This document shows, piece by piece, positions 62,273-64,000 of a stretch of 64,000 bases of DNA. How positions within the stretch are numbered: the stretch's first letter is position 1; each line of letters begins with the position of its first letter. The position numbers and the translations under genes were made by a program. The notes under the pieces are model-generated. The model saw only the letters and a program-made list of their open reading frames with translations. It made no database searches and was not told the DNA's origin. The DNA is from Steroidobacteraceae bacterium (lineage in GTDB: Bacteria > Pseudomonadota > Gammaproteobacteria > Steroidobacterales > Steroidobacteraceae), in assembly GCA_035631515.1 (NCBI GenBank), contig DASQIP010000066.1, positions 738-64,737 on the forward strand. Direction: 5' to 3'.

Positions 62273-63285
62273 GCCGCGAGCGAGTCGGCGGCCGCTCCGA
62301 AGGCGGCACCGATGTGCCGCAGCTCTTCGGCAGCCGCCGGCACATCGAGCACGAAGGTCCGATAGCCGGCCTGCACGTAGCCGGCAATCGCGTGCGCCAC
62401 CCGCGAGTAACTCCCGACGAGATAGGGACAGAAGGTCTTGTAGTTCTTGAAGGGCACCAGCCAATAGGGGTTGTGCGCCCCGGCCGGCGTCTCGCCGAGA
62501 TCCGAAAGCTGCCGATGCCACGCCGAGTCCGACACTTTCATCGCCAGCTCGTGTGCGAGCTGGCCACGGCGGTCGGGCGGAAAACGCGCATGCGCGACGC
62601 GCCAGGCCTCCGCGTCGGCGCTGCGGGCGATGATGCCGATACGGATGCCGCGCGAGGCCGGGGCGGGCCCCGTGACGCGGGCGTATTCGGCGGCGGGCTT
62701 CGGGTATTCGATCGCGGTCGCCTCCAGCCGCAGCGCCGCCGCCATGCCTGCCTCCGAGGAGCCGGACACCAGGATCCCGGGTAGCAGCTCGCGCGGTACC
62801 CGCGGTGTCAGCTTGAGATTCTTCACCCGGTAGTGGGTGCCGTCGAACGTGACCGGCTCCTCCGATTGCAGCAGCAGCTGGACGATCGTGGTGTATTCGA
62901 TCAGCCGCTCGTAGCGCTGGTCGTGCGGCGTGCGGTCGTCGAGCGCGGCCAGGTCGTTCGCGAAGCCGCCCGCCACCATGTTGAGATACACGCGGCGGCC
63001 GTGCAGGAAGGCGAGCGAAGCAACCATCTTGGCGACGCTGTAGGGGTGCATGTAGATGGGCTGAACCGCGACCAGAGGACAGAGGCTGCGGGTAGCGCCG
63101 ATGATCGTCTGTGCGACGAGCCAGGCATCCACCTGCCCGTTGTCGGTGTAGACGAGGATCCCTTCGCAGCCGGCATCTTCGCTCCAGCTGGCGATTTCTT
63201 CGACCTGCTCGAGATAAGCCTCCGGGCTCGCGGTGGCCGAGGGCGGGCAGGTGGAGAAGACCCGGATGTTCGGGGCGGCGGACAT
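62269..63285 (-). CDS. LLM-class (luciferase-like) flavin-dependent oxidoreductase
   Basis: 338 aa TIM-barrel-like pattern (ILVYTDNG...AVQPIYMHPY...LNMVAGGF...ERLIEY) typical of luciferase-like monooxygenases. ATG at 63285; the upstream ORF extension is Arg-rich. Confidence 0.65.
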   Translation of the reverse strand: MSAAPNIRVFSTCPPSATASPEAYLEQVEEIASWSEDAGCEGILVYTDNGQVDAWLVAQTIIGATRSLCPLVAVQPIYMHPYSVAKMVASLAFLHGRRVYLNMVAGGFANDLAALDDRTPHDQRYERLIEYTTIVQLLLQSEEPVTFDGTHYRVKNLKLTPRVPRELLPGILVSGSSEAGMAAALRLEATAIEYPKPAAEYARVTGPAPASRGIRIGIIARSADAEAWRVAHARFPPDRRGQLAHELAMKVSDSAWHRQLSDLGETPAGAHNPYWLVPFKNYKTFCPYLVGSYSRVAHAIAGYVQAGYRTFVLDVPAAAEELRHIGAAFGAAADSLAA

Positions 63286-63571
63286 GTTGACCCTCGCTAG
63301 CAGATGAAGGGGTGGGCGAGCCATGCGGGGACGATAGAGACGAGGCCTTAAGGCCGTGTGGGCGCGCCGCCGTGCCGAATGGTCCGTTCGGACCAATCCC
63401 TGCCCCGAAGGACTACCGTGTAGCCGAATGACTACACGGCTGACGGTGAATCGCCACACTCTCATGGTGATCCGACGATGGTGGCCGGATTTCGCAGGCA
63501 CTACGATGTCGGGACTGCTGAGGCGCCCGAACGTGGGGTTGGGGCGTCCCGGTGTGTGCGGGGGAGGCTGG

Positions 63572-64000
63572 ATGAACGACGTTGCTTATGTGCCCGAGGC
63601 TCGCGATCAACGCGAGGCTCCCGAACCACGGAAGGCCCGCGATCCGCGCGATGGTCAGGAACCGCGCGAGAGTCTCGATCAGCGCGCGCTGCTCGGCGCG
63701 CTGCGCGCGCTCCGCAAGGGCGACTTCACGGTACGGCTGCCGCTCGATCTCACGGGTGTCGACGGTGAGATTGCCCAGGTCTTCAACGACGTAGCCGAAT
63801 TGAATACCGCGATGAGCGAGGAGCTCACGCTCGTGTGTGAGGCCGTGGGCAAGGAGGGTCAGATCAACCGCCGCATGCGGGTCGCGGGTGCGGTCGGCTC
63901 GTGGGCGAGCAAAATCGAGTCCGTCAATACGCTCATCGCCGACCTGATGCGTCCGATCACCGCCGTCGCCGACGTGATCGAGGCGGTGGCGAGCGGCGAT
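63572..64000 (+). CDS. HAMP-repeat sensor protein, N-terminal fragment (continues beyond window)
   Basis: Open frame from ATG 63572 (GGGGGAGG RBS), not in the ORF track because no stop occurs in the window. LLGALRALRKGDFTVRLPLDLTGVDGEIAQVFNDV and a second ...IADLMRPITAVADVIEAVASGD are typical of tandem HAMP modules in large hybrid kinases. Confidence 0.65.
   Translation, partial: MNDVAYVPEARDQREAPEPRKARDPRDGQEPRESLDQRALLGALRALRKGDFTVRLPLDLTGVDGEIAQVFNDVAELNTAMSEELTLVCEAVGKEGQINRRMRVAGAVGSWASKIESVNTLIADLMRPITAVADVIEAVASGD

Noticed and set aside
57900-62365. 960-aa (57900-60782) and 641-aa (60440-62365) plus-strand ORFs
   Set aside because: They are antisense to the GT4, GNAT, carrier-protein and adenylation genes, whose products show clear family motifs. 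The plus-strand translations are Arg/Gly/Ala-rich and motif-free.
1-64000. CRISPR arrays, IS elements, prophage or defence-system genes (restriction-modification, toxin-antitoxin, Cas, retron, abortive infection)
   Set aside because: Reading all sizeable ORFs and intergenic regions found no regularly spaced repeats, no transposase, integrase or recombinase-like ORFs, and no nuclease, helicase or methylase sets typical of defence islands.

Overview
This is a high-G+C (third codon positions almost all G/C) proteobacterial-type chromosomal segment with no recognisable mobile elements, CRISPR arrays or prophage genes. Nt 1-22,300 hold a truncated tRNA 3' end and a mix of housekeeping and accessory genes. 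These include an MgtA-type Mg2+ P-type ATPase, VOC, cupin, MFS, SDR, 5'-3' exonuclease, OsmC, SPFH and a ROK kinase. This stretch also carries a dense set of signalling genes: a CHASE3 histidine kinase, two NarL-type regulators, a single-domain receiver, a REC-first hybrid kinase, a degenerate GGDEF protein and a PhoB-like regulator with no adjacent phoR. Nt 22,300-63,300 form a roughly 41 kb exopolysaccharide super-locus made of three back-to-back modules. (A) 22.3-42.7 kb is a Wzx/Wzy-type locus. It has an EpsA-like LuxR regulator, a priming sugar-phosphate transferase, EpsL/EpsE/EpsF/EpsG-like export and chain-length genes typical of PEP-CTERM/exosortase loci, an O-antigen-ligase-like polymerase, a flippase, three GT4 enzymes, a heparinase II/III-like protein, a methyltransferase, an AlgD-like GDP-mannose dehydrogenase and a GNAT. 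No exosortase is visible, but an unlisted-looking small ORF ends in a PEP-CTERM-like sorting tail. (B) 42.9-55.4 kb is a ten-gene, translationally coupled operon: B12-radical SAM, methyltransferase, beta-helix protein, output-less PAS membrane protein, small outer-membrane-like protein, GGDEF-EAL protein, membrane GT2 synthase, DUF2334-like deacetylase, GNAT and polysaccharide lyase. I consider this the best candidate for an undescribed synthase-dependent, c-di-GMP-linked polysaccharide system. (C) 55.4-63.3 kb is a convergent minus-strand operon encoding a Dlt-like adenylation enzyme plus carrier protein, together with an LLM oxidoreductase, GNAT, GT4, deacetylase, FemAB-like transferase and methyltransferase. 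The window ends inside a HAMP-repeat sensor gene. All functional calls come from motif and family recognition by eye; no searches were run.
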